A model generated the notes under the pieces. The model worked only from the letters and a program-made list of their open reading frames with translations, did not search any database and was not told the origin of the DNA. A DNA stretch of 63,068 nt from a virus (lineage: Duplodnaviria > Caudoviricetes), in IMG/VR virus record IMGVR_UViG_3300025325_000021, positions 1-63,068 of that record. The stretch is one strand, 5' to 3'. Shown one piece after another: positions 61,141 through 63,068 of the stretch. Positions within the stretch are counted from its first letter, which is position 1. Every line of letters starts with the position of its first letter. Both the position numbers and the translations under genes were made by a program.

Positions 61141-63068
61141 GATACGCTCTCCACTGTAAAGCGCAGACGCAGGTTACGCCAGTCATTGACCGCAGCCTTC
61201 TCTGCCGCCGAGAGCATCAGCACGTAGGTGGTGTCCACGTCGCTAAGCGCCTGCGATTGCTGAGCGATCACCGTGCCGTCCTCGCGCAACTCTGCTCGAA
61301 CTGTGACCGTCTGCGTCCCGCTCCGCCGCCTGCCTCGCCAGATCAACCCCTCGACCAGGTCAGGGCCGGGTGTGCCGGGCGGGTCGGTCAGAGCAGTTTC
61401 GAAGTACTCGCCTCCGGCTACGTTCTCATGCCAGACGTAATCGGCGTCCGATGGCTGGTTAGGCTCGTCGAGGGACAGGTACAGGTCAACCGCTGATCCA
61501 TTCTCACGCTTCCAATTCCCGGACTGACCCACGTCGCCGGAGGGCAGCAGGGCATCCGTGGGGTGCTGCTTGAAGTCGTAGCCGTAGAACCTGCCGTAGT
61601 CCGGGTCATACAGCTCGTCGATCTGCGGCAACTCTGGCTGAGCATAGGCCTCCGTGACCACCTCGAAGGGCGTCTGCCAGGTCTGCCAACCGCTAAACTC
61701 GCTCCCGTGGTCAGCGTCATATCCCTGGTCGATGGATGGAAATTCCGGCTGCGTAAGCGGCTCGGCAACCTCGAAGGGGATATTCCATGCCTGCCAGCCG
61801 GTGAAGTCATGCCCAAAGTCAGGATTGTAGCTTTGATCGACCTGAGGGATTTCGGGGAGCGGCTGAAAGTCCTGCACGTCACCCGGCGTCTGCCATGCGC
61901 TCCATCCGGTAAAGTCGTGACCGGTTGTCTCGTCGTAGCTTTCATCGACGGGAGTCGTCTCCGGTAGGGGTTGCGGTTCGACCACATCTCCGGGGAGTGG
62001 AGCGGATTGCAAGCCAGCAAAGTCGTGATCCAGGGAAGCATCAAAACTGAAGTCGACTGCGGGCAGCTCTGCCAGCGGCTGGAAGTCCTGTACGTCGCCA
62101 GAAAGCGGTTGCTGTTGCCATCCGGCGAAGTCATGGCCCTGGGAGGCATCGTAGCTGTCCTCGATTGGAGTGATTTCGGGAAGAGGCTGTATCTCAACCA
62201 GATCGCCTGCAAGTGGCGCAGATTGCCAGCCGACAAAGTTATGTCCCTGAGCTTCGTCGAATGTCTCGTCAACCTGGGGGAGTTCTGAGAGTGGTTGTTG
62301 AGCAGGTGCGGCTGATGGCACATAGTCCACCAGCGCCAAGAGCGTCGAAACCCATACCTGGTCAGCGTCGTCAACCGCGATGCGCACCCCGATCTGCATT
62401 GCATCCAGATCCGCCTGCGTCCAGGCTGTGGTAGACGCCCCCGGCAGGTCGTACAGGATGAGCTTGAGGTTAGAGGGTAATGTCCCGTCCGCGTTGGAGA
62501 ACCAGGCGGTTGAGTTGAGGACGTGTTGGGCCGATTCCTCGACCGTTCCTCCCGCGCTAGCCTTGATGCGGGTGACGAAACGCGGATCGGTACCTGTGGC
62601 GGATGACAGGGTATGCCGCGCAAACACGCCGACAACGTTGACAGTACCCACATCGGCGGGCGAGGCCGCGCAGTTGTAGTCATCTACATGGTCTAACGTG
62701 CCACTGGACACATAATCCCCGACATCATTGGGGACAATCTCATCGGTCTGAGACCAGTTAGCTCCGCTGTCCGTCCCGCCGCGGGCGAACTGGGCGCTAT
62801 CTCCCGTCGCGTTGGGGCGTATCGCCACCACGCTGCCTGCGCCAGGGTAGCTGTTCTGGATCGAGCCGATGCTGCTGTTGATCGCCAGGTCATCGAAATA
62901 CCACTCGCCCTGCGTCTGCGCCTCGGATTGCAGGTTGCCGCCGACGATGATCGAGTTAGCCCCAGTGGATAACGATCTGGTACTCGATCCGGCGAACTCC
63001 GACCCATTCAGGCGAGCGCGCACGATGCACGCCCCCGCTCCGCCCACGGTGGACATCTCGAGCTCGAT
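61137..63068 (-). CDS. 3' part of repeat-containing putative virion protein A (about 780 aa in total with 1..441)
   Basis: Frame is open to the window end; beta-rich domains flank about 7 acidic 36-aa repeats. Confidence 0.85.
   Translation of the reverse strand: MELEMSTVGGAGACIVRARLNGSEFAGSSTRSLSTGANSIIVGGNLQSEAQTQGEWYFDDLAINSSIGSIQNSYPGAGSVVAIRPNATGDSAQFARGGTDSGANWSQTDEIVPNDVGDYVSSGTLDHVDDYNCAASPADVGTVNVVGVFARHTLSSATGTDPRFVTRIKASAGGTVEESAQHVLNSTAWFSNADGTLPSNLKLILYDLPGASTTAWTQADLDAMQIGVRIAVDDADQVWVSTLLALVDYVPSAAPAQQPLSELPQVDETFDEAQGHNFVGWQSAPLAGDLVEIQPLPEITPIEDSYDASQGHDFAGWQQQPLSGDVQDFQPLAELPAVDFSFDASLDHDFAGLQSAPLPGDVVEPQPLPETTPVDESYDETTGHDFTGWSAWQTPGDVQDFQPLPEIPQVDQSYNPDFGHDFTGWQAWNIPFEVAEPLTQPEFPSIDQGYDADHGSEFSGWQTWQTPFEVVTEAYAQPELPQIDELYDPDYGRFYGYDFKQHPTDALLPSGDVGQSGNWKRENGSAVDLYLSLDEPNQPSDADYVWHENVAGGEYFETALTDPPGTPGPDLVEGLIWRGRRRSGTQTVTVRAELREDGTVIAQQSQALSDVDTTYVLMLSAAEKAAVNDWRNLRLRFTVESVS
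61555..62300 (-). repeat. About 7 degenerate 108-bp coding repeats, same family as 58950..60265
   Basis: For example VVEPQPLPETTPVDESYDETTGHDFTGWSAWQTPGD. Confidence 0.85.
63033..63068. repeat. Terminal overlap, copy 2
   Basis: Matches 1..36 with 3 substitutions. Confidence 0.9.

Noticed and set aside
58950-62300. Possible diversity-generating retroelement TR/VR pair
   Set aside because: No reverse transcriptase was found, and differences between repeats are not adenine-specific.

Overview
This window appears to be an essentially complete, circularly permuted ~63.0 kb genome of a tailed phage with a long non-contractile tail. The first and last 36 nt overlap at 33/36 identity, and one gene reads across the junction. 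The minus strand carries a DNA-modification cluster, terminase, portal, Mu-like head genes, tail genes and lysis genes. The plus strand (18.9-45.0 kb, plus a small cassette at 7.5-8.5 kb) carries early, replication and recombination genes driven by a family of near-identical consensus sigma70 promoters. I found no integrase, CRISPR array or reverse transcriptase. The host is probably a monoderm, sortase-bearing bacterium, possibly Chloroflexota; this is inference only. The most notable observations are: (1) a 7-deazaguanine-type DNA-modification cluster (TGT/DpdA-like, QueD-like, QueF-like, YhhQ transporter) with an embedded GT-B glycosyltransferase; (2) a sulfotransferase and a GT-like gene directly upstream of two putative virion proteins built from an acidic, aromatic ~36-aa repeat; (3) a portal protein fused to a 2H-phosphoesterase; (4) an intact tnpB element inserted exactly between an RBS and its ATG, plus two ~180-200 bp IS200/IS605 derivatives that retain only the ends, a promoter and the omegaRNA region; (5) an LPETG-anchored surface protein; (6) a tRNA-like RNA without an anticodon arm. 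All calls come from reading motifs by eye; no database searches were run.
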